From assembly GCA_965213675.1 (NCBI GenBank), contig OZ243916.1, positions 160,001 through 224,000 of the forward strand: DNA of 64,000 nucleotides, given 5' to 3'. The position numbers and the translations under genes were made by a program. The first letter of the stretch is position 1. Every line of letters begins with the position of its first letter. Of the stretch, positions 38,179 through 47,116 are shown in pieces. The notes under the pieces were generated by a model, which had not been told where the DNA came from, ran no database searches, and saw nothing but the letters and a program-made list of their open reading frames with translations. This DNA comes from an uncultured Candidatus Binatia bacterium (GTDB taxonomy: Bacteria; Desulfobacterota; Binatia; UBA9968; JAJDTQ01).

Positions 38179-39438
38179 ATGCAAGGGAGCACTCCGAAAC
38201 CGACCCTCGGACTGGACGATACAGTGGGCAAACGAAACAGCGGGCTGCGCGCCATCGGCAGGGATCGGCTGGTGCTGCTGGGCTACGTGACCGGCGGACA
38301 CTTTGCCGTGCACTGGTTCGGTCAGCTCTTTCCGCTGATCCTGGAGCCGCTGAAGGTCGCGCTGCGGCTGAGCTACGTGCAGGTGGGGGCGCTCACGACC
38401 ATGCGCGAGTTGACCACCGGGCTCGTGAACCTGCCCGCGGGTCTGCTGGGTGACCGACTGGCGCGGCATCGCGCGGCCATCCTGTCCTCGGCCCTGCTGG
38501 CCATGGGTGCGGCGTATTTCATCTTCGGCATGGCCTCCGGCTACCTGCACGCGCTGGCCGCCGCGGGGTTGGTGGGGGCGGGCATCGCCCTATGGCATCC
38601 CACGGCCATGGCGTCCCTCTCCAGCCGCTTCCCGGAACATCGGGCCACGGCCTTCGCCGTGCACGGCATGGGCGCCACCGTTGGCGATACCCTGACCCCG
38701 GCGGTGGTGGGGCTACTGTTCGTGCTGTATCCATGGCGTCCCGTCATCGCGCTGCAACTGGTTCTGGCGGTGCTGGTGGGCATTCCCCTCTGGCTCGGTT
38801 TGCGCGGGGTCTTTCGCGCGCCTTCTGCGCCGTCGGGCGCCGCCGAAGGGCACTCGGCGGGTGTGGGTGAGTTTCTGCGCAACCCGTCGTTTCTGGGCAT
38901 GGCTCTGGCCAACGGTCTGATGAACACCGGGCGCGTGCTGGTGATGACCTTCTTTCCGCTCTACGTCGTCGAAGTCCTCGGTTATTCCTACAAGGGAGTG
39001 GGCGCCTACTACGCGCTGCTGCACGCCATGGGCACGGTGTCCCAGCCGGTCCTCGGGTACCTGTCGGACCGCCTGGGGCGGAAGTGGGTGCTGGCGCCGG
39101 CGTTTCTCATGCTGGCGGTGCTCTACACGCTGGTGCCGCTCGTGCGTCCGGGCCTGCCCTTGGGCATCGTGGTGACCCTCATTGGCCTGTTCTTCTATAC
39201 TCTCACCAATATCACCGCGGCCGCCGTCGTGGACGTGGCCGGAGCGCGCATTCAGGCCACGTCGCTGGGCATTACCTTCCTTTCCAACAGCCTTTTCACG
39301 TTGCCCGGGCCGGTGATCGGCGGCTACCTGGTCGAACATCACGGGATGGGCTCGGTGTTCTACCTGTGCGGCGTTCTGTTGCTGGCGGCCGCGGCGGTGA
39401 TCGCGCCGCTCAGGCTTTACCGGGGCTGGGGGCGATGA
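38179..39438 (+). CDS. MFS transporter
   Basis: About 12 hydrophobic segments, GLLGDRL and GYLSDRLGRK MFS motifs, WHP; start uncertain (38098-38179). Confidence 0.88.
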   Translation: MQGSTPKPTLGLDDTVGKRNSGLRAIGRDRLVLLGYVTGGHFAVHWFGQLFPLILEPLKVALRLSYVQVGALTTMRELTTGLVNLPAGLLGDRLARHRAAILSSALLAMGAAYFIFGMASGYLHALAAAGLVGAGIALWHPTAMASLSSRFPEHRATAFAVHGMGATVGDTLTPAVVGLLFVLYPWRPVIALQLVLAVLVGIPLWLGLRGVFRAPSAPSGAAEGHSAGVGEFLRNPSFLGMALANGLMNTGRVLVMTFFPLYVVEVLGYSYKGVGAYYALLHAMGTVSQPVLGYLSDRLGRKWVLAPAFLMLAVLYTLVPLVRPGLPLGIVVTLIGLFFYTLTNITAAAVVDVAGARIQATSLGITFLSNSLFTLPGPVIGGYLVEHHGMGSVFYLCGVLLLAAAAVIAPLRLYRGWGR

Positions 39439-39508
39439 GGCTTCCCGGTGGGTTCGCGCGTCCCAAGCCTCCGCGTGGAATCGGGACGAGCGGTGACCGG
39501 TACGCGTC

Positions 39509-40267
39509 ATGACTTCGTGGCTGCCACCGGAACGGAACATGGAACTCACGCGCGATGCGGTCCATGTGTGGCGCGCGGCCACCATGATCGCTCCGTCCCG
39601 CCTGGCCCGGCTGCGCGACGTTCTGGCGCCGGACGAGCATGCTCGCGCGGCCCGGTTTGTCCGTGAGGAGGACCGGCGGCGCTACACCGTGGCCCGGGGC
39701 GTGCTGCGAACCCTTTTGGGGCGTTACCTGAACGTGGATCCCGTGTCCCTCGAGTTTTGTTACGGCGCCCATGGCAAGCCGTCGTTGACGGAAACCCCGT
39801 TGACGGAGTCCCCCGGAGGCCGCGACGTGCGTTTCAATATGTCCCATTCGGGCGGGCTGGCGCTGCATGCCTTTGCCGTGGGCCGGGAGGTGGGTGTCGA
39901 TGTCGAGCGCATTCGCCCGAGGACCGACATCGTGGGAGTGGCGCGGCGCTCCTTTTCGCCCGCGGAAGTCGATGCCTTGATGACCCTTCCGGTGGGACAA
40001 CGGCGCGAGGCCTTCTTCAACGGCTGGACCCGCAAGGAGGCGTTCGTCAAGGCGCACGGCGAGGGCATCGCGCTGGGCTTGAGCCGGTTCGACGTGACGT
40101 TGCGGCCGGGCGAGCCGGCGGAGTTGTTGCGCTTCGACAACGACCCCGGGCAAGCGGCGCGCTGGCGCCTGCGCGCGCTGGACGCGGGCGCGGGCTACAA
40201 GGCAGCGCTGGCGGTGGAAGGCGGGGGGTGGCATCTTGGTTGCTGGGACTATTTCGAGGGCGGATGA
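39509..40267 (+). CDS. Sfp-type 4'-phosphopantetheinyl transferase
   Basis: GKP, FNMSHS, VGVDVE, WTRKEAFVKAHGEG. Confidence 0.92.
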   Translation: MTSWLPPERNMELTRDAVHVWRAATMIAPSRLARLRDVLAPDEHARAARFVREEDRRRYTVARGVLRTLLGRYLNVDPVSLEFCYGAHGKPSLTETPLTESPGGRDVRFNMSHSGGLALHAFAVGREVGVDVERIRPRTDIVGVARRSFSPAEVDALMTLPVGQRREAFFNGWTRKEAFVKAHGEGIALGLSRFDVTLRPGEPAELLRFDNDPGQAARWRLRALDAGAGYKAALAVEGGGWHLGCWDYFEGG

Positions 40268-40304
40268 TGCCGGCGACGGCTTGATTCGCGGACAGGAGAA
40301 CGAC

Positions 40305-40856
40305 ATGGCGCGCATCGCGAAGATCGAGAAGAGAGAAGACCTGAGCCCGGAGCACCATGGGGTGTTTGATGCCATTGCGGAGAGCCGCGGCCAGGTGCAG
40401 GGGCCGTTTCCCATGCTGCTGCACAACCCGGAGCTGGCCGGCCGCGTGGCCCACCTCGGCGCCCATGTGCGCTTCGAGATGGGGCTTTCGCAGAAGCTCA
40501 AGGAACTGGTGATCCTCACCGTGGCGCGGGAGCTGGACTGCCGGTTCGAGTGGTCGGTGCATGCCGGGCACGCCCGCGCCGCGGGGATCCCGGACGAGTG
40601 CATCGAGTCCATTCGCGCACGCACGGAGCCGTCCGGACTCACCCCGGAGGAGGCTGACGTGCAGCGCTATGCGCAGGAGCTGTTGCGCTCCCACCGCGTC
40701 AGCGACGCCACGTTTGCGGCGGTGGAGACGCACCTCGGCGCGCGCGGGTGCGTGGAGCTGTCGGCGCTCGTGGGCTATTACGTGTTGCTGGCCTGTGTCC
40801 TCAACTCCATGGCGGTGGAGCCGGCCGCGGGCGGCGCGGAACTGGATCCATCCTGA
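40305..40856 (+). CDS. Carboxymuconolactone decarboxylase / AhpD-like family protein
   Basis: GPF..LLHNPELA, ELVIL.VARE....FEW..H...A..AG, VEL...VGYY; SD AGGAG. Confidence 0.85.
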   Translation: MARIAKIEKREDLSPEHHGVFDAIAESRGQVQGPFPMLLHNPELAGRVAHLGAHVRFEMGLSQKLKELVILTVARELDCRFEWSVHAGHARAAGIPDECIESIRARTEPSGLTPEEADVQRYAQELLRSHRVSDATFAAVETHLGARGCVELSALVGYYVLLACVLNSMAVEPAAGGAELDPS

Positions 40857-40959
40857 CAGCGAGGCTCCAACCCGACACAACCCGCGTGGACGGCTGGATT
40901 TCGCCTTCCGGCATGAAGCGATGCGCTCGCGCATGCGAGCGGCACACGGACGGAGTGAC

Positions 40960-42555
40960 ATGAGCGACAGACCCAATTTTCTCTTCATCATCACGGACCA
41001 GCACCGGGCGGACCATCTGGGCTGCTACGGCAATCCAGTGGTGCGGACACCGCACATCGATGCGCTTGCCGCCGCCGGCACCCGTTTCGAGCGGTTCTAT
41101 ACGGCCACGCCCATCTGCATGCCCAACCGGGCGACGTTGATGACCGGGCGCATGCCCTCGCTCCACGGGGTTCGGCACAACGGCATCCCGCTCTCGCTGG
41201 AAGCGACCACGTTCACCGATGTCCTGTCCGCGGCCGGGTACCAAACGGCGCTCATCGGCAAGTGCCACCTCCAGAGCATCCGGGACGACGTTCCGGTGGT
41301 GGGCATGCCGCAGCCGGACCCGCGGCGCGTCCGGCCGCCGGAGCATCTGCGGGAAGCGCGAAAAGATGCCGGCGGGCGCTACGACCAGGAGCTGCCGTCC
41401 ACGTGGGCGGGGGATCCGGAGTTCGAGCCGGTGCTGCCCTACTACGGGTTCCAGCACATGGAGCTGTGCATCAAGCACGCGGACCAGGTGGTGGGACACT
41501 ACGAACGATGGCTGCGCGCGCGCCACCCGGCCCCGGACTCGCTGCGTGGGCGCGCCCACGAGCTTCCCGGCAACGCCTGCGCGGCGCCTCAGGCGTGGCG
41601 CACCCGCGTGCCTGAAGAGCTTTATCCCACGAGCTACGTGGCCGAGCGCACCGTGGCGTTCCTGGAAGAACACGCGCGCTCCGGCCGGAACCAGCCGTTC
41701 TTCCTCCAATGCTCGTTCCCGGACCCGCATCACGCGTTCACGCCGCCGGGTCGGTACTGGGACATGTACCATCCGGAGGAGATCGCCCTGCCGGGCTCTT
41801 TCCACCACGGCGAACAGCCGGTCCCGCCGCATCTGGCACGGCTCTACGAGGAGCGCGACCGGGGCGAGGCCAACCGTAACGGTCAGCGCGCCTTCGCGGT
41901 CACGGCCCGGGAGGTGCGCGAAGCCATCGCCCTCACCTACGGCATGATCACCATGATCGACGACGCCATCGGCCGCATCCGGACGCGGCTGGAGGAGTTG
42001 AATCTGGCGGAGGACACCGTGATCGTCTTCACCAGCGACCATGGCGACTTCATGGGCGATCATCAGCTTCTGCTCAAGGCGGCGCTGCACTATCGCGGCC
42101 TCGTGCGGGTGCCGTTCATCTGGGTCGATCCGGCCACGGGAACCAGGGGCGTGGTGCAGCCAGGGCTGTGCGGCACCCTGGACCTGCCCAGCACGATCCT
42201 GGACCGGGCGGGCCTGGAAGGGCACAACGGCATGCAGGGGGCAAGCCTCCTGTCCGCCATGGACGGCGCCGCCACGGGCTACGATTCCCTGCTCATCGAG
42301 GAGCATCAGCGCCGCGGCTACATGGGCTTGCCCAACAACTTCCGCGCCCGCACCCTCATCACTCCGGACCGCAGGCTGACCCTCTACGAAGGCGCCGGCT
42401 GGGGCGAAGTCTACGACCTCGCCAACGACCCGGACGAGATGCACAACCTCTGGGATGATCCCGGCTCCCGGCGCACAGAACTCCTGGAGATTCTCGCCCG
42501 CCAGATGATGGACCTCACGGACACGAGCCCCCTGGCCACGCATCACGGACCGTAG
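40960..42555 (+). CDS. Sulfatase (formylglycine-dependent)
   Basis: RPNFLFIITDQHR, CMPNRATLMTG (CxPxR), GKCH, SFPDPH, TSDHGD, LYDL..DP.E-like motif. Confidence 0.93.
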   Translation: MSDRPNFLFIITDQHRADHLGCYGNPVVRTPHIDALAAAGTRFERFYTATPICMPNRATLMTGRMPSLHGVRHNGIPLSLEATTFTDVLSAAGYQTALIGKCHLQSIRDDVPVVGMPQPDPRRVRPPEHLREARKDAGGRYDQELPSTWAGDPEFEPVLPYYGFQHMELCIKHADQVVGHYERWLRARHPAPDSLRGRAHELPGNACAAPQAWRTRVPEELYPTSYVAERTVAFLEEHARSGRNQPFFLQCSFPDPHHAFTPPGRYWDMYHPEEIALPGSFHHGEQPVPPHLARLYEERDRGEANRNGQRAFAVTAREVREAIALTYGMITMIDDAIGRIRTRLEELNLAEDTVIVFTSDHGDFMGDHQLLLKAALHYRGLVRVPFIWVDPATGTRGVVQPGLCGTLDLPSTILDRAGLEGHNGMQGASLLSAMDGAATGYDSLLIEEHQRRGYMGLPNNFRARTLITPDRRLTLYEGAGWGEVYDLANDPDEMHNLWDDPGSRRTELLEILARQMMDLTDTSPLATHHGP

Positions 42556-42647
42556 AGCGGGGCACGCCTTGGGCCACCGAGTCCGATGGCAAGCGGGCTG
42601 GAGGCAACACAATGGGCGCCGAAGGCATTTGTGCCAGCACTCGCTGC

Positions 42648-43577
42648 TTACAACGGCACCGCCTCGCCGCCCTCGGGCACCCTGTCCTTGTCGAGGTGCT
42701 TGAGCGCTTGGTAGACGAAGTCGTGGCCGAAGACTTCGGTCCAGCCTTGTTGCAGGCGCCCGACCACGGGGCCGGGTTTGCCGTCGCCGATGGGGTTGCC
42801 GTTGATGCGCGTCAGCGGCAGCACGCAGCGCGACGTGGTGGTCATGAAGGCTTCGTCGGCGTTCATGATGTCGTACAACTGGAAGTGGGTTTCCTCCACG
42901 GGAATGTTCAGGTGCCGGGCAACCTCCAGCACCGCGCCCCGCGTGACGCCTGACAGAATGGTCTGCACGGGCGCGGTGACCAGCGCGCCGGCGCGCACGA
43001 TCCAGAAATTGGCCGCGGTGAGTTCCGTGACGTTGCCGTCCAGGCTCAACAGCAGGGCATAGGCCTCGGGGTCCACCAACTGGGCCTGCTGCTCTGCCAG
43101 CCACAGGTGCATCCGGCTGGTGCTCTTGATCTTGGGGTCCCACACCTGGGTGGGGATGGCGCGGATGTGCGTGGTGATGACGTGGCCGCCGTAGATGTAG
43201 TGGTGGGCGAACTTGTTGAAGGCGATGGGCTCGCACAGGATCACCACCGTGGCCCGGCCGGCGGCGTCCGGGCCGCGGGACACGTAGTGCCCCACGAAAT
43301 AGTCCTGGTCGGGTCCCAGCAACTCGCGGTTCTGCCGCACCAGCTCCAGCGTGGTTTCGTGCATTTCGCCGACGGCCATGCCGGGGTCCAGCCGCACCGC
43401 CTTCATGGAGCGATACAATCGCGCCAGGTGCCGGTCCAGGTGGAATATCTCACCCTGGAAGGTGCGCGTCCGTTCGAACACGCCCAAGCCGGAAAGAAAA
43501 CCGCGATCAAAGATGGAGATGCTCGCCCGACTCTCGGGGACGAACTCGCCGTTGACGTATGCCGTGCGTTCCGACAT
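42648..43577 (-). CDS. Aminotransferase class IV (IlvE/PabC-like)
   Basis: YVNGEFV....SISIFDRGF..G.GVFE, HL.RL..S, KIKS, E...ANF, LSGVTR, ADEAF. Confidence 0.9.
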   Translation of the reverse strand: MSERTAYVNGEFVPESRASISIFDRGFLSGLGVFERTRTFQGEIFHLDRHLARLYRSMKAVRLDPGMAVGEMHETTLELVRQNRELLGPDQDYFVGHYVSRGPDAAGRATVVILCEPIAFNKFAHHYIYGGHVITTHIRAIPTQVWDPKIKSTSRMHLWLAEQQAQLVDPEAYALLLSLDGNVTELTAANFWIVRAGALVTAPVQTILSGVTRGAVLEVARHLNIPVEETHFQLYDIMNADEAFMTTTSRCVLPLTRINGNPIGDGKPGPVVGRLQQGWTEVFGHDFVYQALKHLDKDRVPEGGEAVPL

Positions 43578-43685
43578 GGAAAACTCCCTTCCGAAAATGT
43601 GGGGTTCCATCGTAGGACGTTCGGCGGGCATCTGTAAACCGTGTTGCATGCAGCGCCGAATCGCCGGGGAGGCCACGCGGCGGCG

Positions 43686-44315
43686 TCAATGGGCTTCGGT
43701 CAGCACCCGGAGCAGTTCGGCGGGGGAATCCACGAGGTAGTCGGGGGCTTCCTTGGCGAGCGTGTCGCGGCTCTGATAGCCCCAGGTGACTGCCGCGGTG
43801 CGGACGCCGGCGGCGTGGCCGTGGCGTATGTCTCCGCGCGTGTCACCGATCATGAAGGCTTCACACGCGGGAACGGCGAAGCGTTTCAGCGAGTGACGGA
43901 TCTTGTCACTCTTGTCGCCGGGCAGGCGGGCGTCGAGCACCAGGGAGACGCAGGCGTCCATCCCGTGGCGGGCGAGGCCGCGCCGGACCAGGGGGTCGTA
44001 GTTGGAGGTGACGAGCACCAGGGTGTGCTTCCCGGAGAGCGTCTTCAGTACATCGGGGATACCGGGAAACAGGGCAGGCTCATGGCCGTCGGCGGCCAGC
44101 ACTTCGTGGATGCGACGGGTGTAGTCTGAAATGCGATCCTCCGGCACGCCCAGCAGGGCGGCCACGCCCGCGGCGTTGAGATCCTCGATGGTCTCGAAGT
44201 CGTGCCGTGTCGGCGGACGGCCCAGACCGGTGTCCACGGCGGTGCGCTGAAAGGCGGACAGCAACGCATCGAAGGAGTCGACGATCACGCCGTCGTAGTC
44301 GAAGTGGAGCAACAT
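43686..44315 (-). CDS. HAD family hydrolase (phosphoglycolate phosphatase-like)
   Basis: FDYDGVIVDS, VTSN, MIGDTRGD, VTWG. Confidence 0.9.
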   Translation of the reverse strand: MLLHFDYDGVIVDSFDALLSAFQRTAVDTGLGRPPTRHDFETIEDLNAAGVAALLGVPEDRISDYTRRIHEVLAADGHEPALFPGIPDVLKTLSGKHTLVLVTSNYDPLVRRGLARHGMDACVSLVLDARLPGDKSDKIRHSLKRFAVPACEAFMIGDTRGDIRHGHAAGVRTAAVTWGYQSRDTLAKEAPDYLVDSPAELLRVLTEAH

Positions 44316-44330
44316 GCGGACCGTTGCGGA

Positions 44331-45386
44331 CTACGCCGCGGCGCTGCCCTCCGCCACGGGGCGCACCTCCTCCATCAGGCGCGCGACGATGTCCAGCGAC
44401 GAGAGTCCCTCGGCCTGGGCCTTGAAGTTGGGGATGATGCGGTGGCGCATGACCGACGGCGCCATGGCCTGGACGTCTTCCACCGACACCGCGAAACGCC
44501 CGTCCAGCAGGGTGCGGGCCTTGCTGCCCAGCACCAGGAACTGGGACGCCCGCGGCCCCGCGCCCCATTCGACGTAGTTCTTCACCATTTCGGGCGCCTG
44601 GGGATTGGCCGGGCGGGTGGCCTGGGCCAGGGAAACGGCGTAGTTCACGACAAAGGGCGACACCGGCACCCGCCGCACGAGGTCCTGGCATGCGAGGATC
44701 GCCGGTCCGTCCATGACCTTGGCGGGCTCGGGCCGGTTGGTGGAGGTGGTCTGCATCACGATCTGCACTTCGTCCTCCAGGGGCGGGTACGAGACTTCGA
44801 TGTTCAGCATGAAGCGGTCGAGCTGCGCCTCCGGCAGGGGATAGGTCCCCTCTTGCTCGATGGGGTTCTGGGTGGCGAGAACGAAGAAGGGCAAATCCAG
44901 CGGGTAGGTGGTGCCGCCGGCCGTGACGCGGTACTCCTGCATGGACTGAAGCAGCGCCGCCTGGGTCTTGGGGGGAGTCCGGTTGATCTCGTCAGCGAGC
45001 AGCACGTTGGTGAAGATCGGCCCCTTCAGGAATTGGAGCCGGCGCCGGCCCGTGTCGGCGTCCTCCTGCAGGATGTCGGTGCCGGTGATGTCCGATGGCA
45101 TCAGGTCCGGCGTGAACTGGATCCGGTTGAATTCGAGGTCCAGCACGTCGGCCAGGGTGCTGATGAGCAGGGTCTTGGCCAGTCCCGGCACCCCCATCAA
45201 CAGGCAATGGCCCCTGGAGAAGAGCGCGATGAGCACTTCGTCGATAACCTTGTCCTGCCCCACGATGACCTTGCGTATCTCCGCGAGCATCGTGCTCCGT
45301 TTCTCGCCGAATTCCTCGATGGCCGCCAGTTCCTGATCCAGAAGTTGCGCTTCGCCGGCGCTGGCGTTCTTGTCGGTGTCGTCCAT
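44331..45386 (-). CDS. moxR: MoxR family AAA+ ATPase
   Basis: GVPGLAKT, RIQFTPDLMPSD, LLADEINR.PPKTQ, ATQNPIEQEGTYPLPEAQLDRF. Confidence 0.95.
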   Translation of the reverse strand: MDDTDKNASAGEAQLLDQELAAIEEFGEKRSTMLAEIRKVIVGQDKVIDEVLIALFSRGHCLLMGVPGLAKTLLISTLADVLDLEFNRIQFTPDLMPSDITGTDILQEDADTGRRRLQFLKGPIFTNVLLADEINRTPPKTQAALLQSMQEYRVTAGGTTYPLDLPFFVLATQNPIEQEGTYPLPEAQLDRFMLNIEVSYPPLEDEVQIVMQTTSTNRPEPAKVMDGPAILACQDLVRRVPVSPFVVNYAVSLAQATRPANPQAPEMVKNYVEWGAGPRASQFLVLGSKARTLLDGRFAVSVEDVQAMAPSVMRHRIIPNFKAQAEGLSSLDIVARLMEEVRPVAEGSAAA

Positions 45387-45438
45387 GGTGATGTGATTCC
45401 TTCCGGTTGCGGTGGCCTCGAAGACGGGCGTGTCCGCG

Positions 45439-47043
45439 TCATCCGCGCAGCCTCCGCATCACCTCGCGGTTCTTGCGCGCGCTCGACTCGTCGCCGATGG
45501 CCTCGTAGACCTGACCGAGGACGCGATAGACGCCGGGGTGAAACGGATTGATCTGGAGCGCTTCCCGCAGGGCTTGGCGCGCGCGCACGTGATGGCCCGT
45601 GGCGTGGTGGAGCCGGCCCTTGAGAAAGTACGTGTGTACCGCGTCGGGATCAAGGTAGCCCGCCTTGTCGAGGTGCGGCAAGGCCTCGTCGTAGCGTCGC
45701 GACTGAATCAGCGTTTCGCTCAGCCGGTTGAGGATGACGGTGGAGTTGGGGCCGGCGCGGAGGGCCCGGCGGTACTCGGCGCTGGCGGCCCGGAGCCGGC
45801 CGCGCTCGCGCAGGCGGTCGCCCAGGTGGGTGCGGTTGCGGGCGATTTCGGACTGAATTTCGTCCAGCTCCACGGCGGCGGCCTGGTCCCCCTCCTCCGC
45901 CAGCTTGTACGACCGGATGCGGCTGCCGGGCACCGCGGTCAACCCCTGGCCTTCGACGAAGTTCCGCCAGTCCGCCTCGAACCCGTCCAGCGGTGTGCCC
46001 ATCACCGCCTCGATGGCTTCCGCGGTGGACAGCCGCTTCACCAGGGACAGCACATCCCGGATGCCCGCCGGCCCCTTGGTCCGGGTAATGTAGTCCACCG
46101 CCGATGCCACCTCCGCGTAGGCAAGCTGGACCTGCTCCGGCGTTTCCAGGCGAATCAGGGACGGCTCCATGTCCTTGAAGCTCACGAACTCCTGTTGTGC
46201 GACGGCCGTGGCCAGCAGGGTCTCGTTGGCCGGGGTGAGGTAGTCGGGGCGCTCTCCCTGGGCCGGGTTGCGCCACACCGTCTCGTAATAACGCGCAATG
46301 CCTTCGTGCAGCCAGATGGGCGCCTTGTTGCGGGTCAGGTGGACGATGGCCAGGTGGATGTACTCGTGCACCAGCGAATCGAGCCAGCGGTAGCCGCGGG
46401 CCATCACCCGCGGCGAGATGACCATGAGCTTGTTGAACTTGCACAGTCCGATGGCGCCGGTTTCCTCGATGTCCCGCAGGGTGAACGTGGTGATGGCCAT
46501 GAAGGCGCGCGAGTCCGGCGCGATTTCGATGCGCGCCTTGCCGCGTGGCCAGTAGCCCAGGGCGCGCCCCACCTCCTGGTGCGCCTGTTCCAGGGCCGCC
46601 AGCGCCGGTTCCACGAGGATGCCGTCGCTCTCCTCGTGCAGGTGCAGCACGAAGTGGTCGCTCTCGTAGCGCTTGAACTGCGCGGTGACGTCGTGGGTCT
46701 GCTGCAGCAGCAGGCGCAGGGCCTGGCGCCGCTCGTCCTCAGCGTCCACCGCCAGGGCCTTCTCCACGGTTCGCAGGGCCTTGTCGTAATCGCCTTCGTA
46801 GTAGGCCAGAAGCGCCGCCAGATCCAGCGCGTCCAGCGAGCCGGGGTCGGCGTCCAGGAGGCGGTCCACCACCACGCGGGCTTCTTGAACCGCCCAGGCG
46901 CCGATCAAATCCCGTGCCTCCTCCACGGCGGATGCAGGCGCGGTCCCGTCCACGGCGTGGCCCGGAGCCGGGGCGCCCAGTATGAGCAGGCCTGCGAGCC
47001 ACAGGGCATGCCACGCCGCTCTGAGCACTAGTCGTTTCGTCAT
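45439..47043 (-). CDS. Exported TPR-containing peptidase MA-like zinc metallopeptidase
   Basis: Signal peptide, HEYIH plus PIWLHEGIA gluzincin motif, TPR-like helices at both ends. Confidence 0.8.
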   Translation of the reverse strand: MTKRLVLRAAWHALWLAGLLILGAPAPGHAVDGTAPASAVEEARDLIGAWAVQEARVVVDRLLDADPGSLDALDLAALLAYYEGDYDKALRTVEKALAVDAEDERRQALRLLLQQTHDVTAQFKRYESDHFVLHLHEESDGILVEPALAALEQAHQEVGRALGYWPRGKARIEIAPDSRAFMAITTFTLRDIEETGAIGLCKFNKLMVISPRVMARGYRWLDSLVHEYIHLAIVHLTRNKAPIWLHEGIARYYETVWRNPAQGERPDYLTPANETLLATAVAQQEFVSFKDMEPSLIRLETPEQVQLAYAEVASAVDYITRTKGPAGIRDVLSLVKRLSTAEAIEAVMGTPLDGFEADWRNFVEGQGLTAVPGSRIRSYKLAEEGDQAAAVELDEIQSEIARNRTHLGDRLRERGRLRAASAEYRRALRAGPNSTVILNRLSETLIQSRRYDEALPHLDKAGYLDPDAVHTYFLKGRLHHATGHHVRARQALREALQINPFHPGVYRVLGQVYEAIGDESSARKNREVMRRLRG

Positions 47044-47116
47044 GGTTTCAGAACCGTTGTTGCCGGAGCCGGCCGGAGGTGCGCCCGTGTCATGAGCCAG
47101 GCCGCCGCGCGGCGCG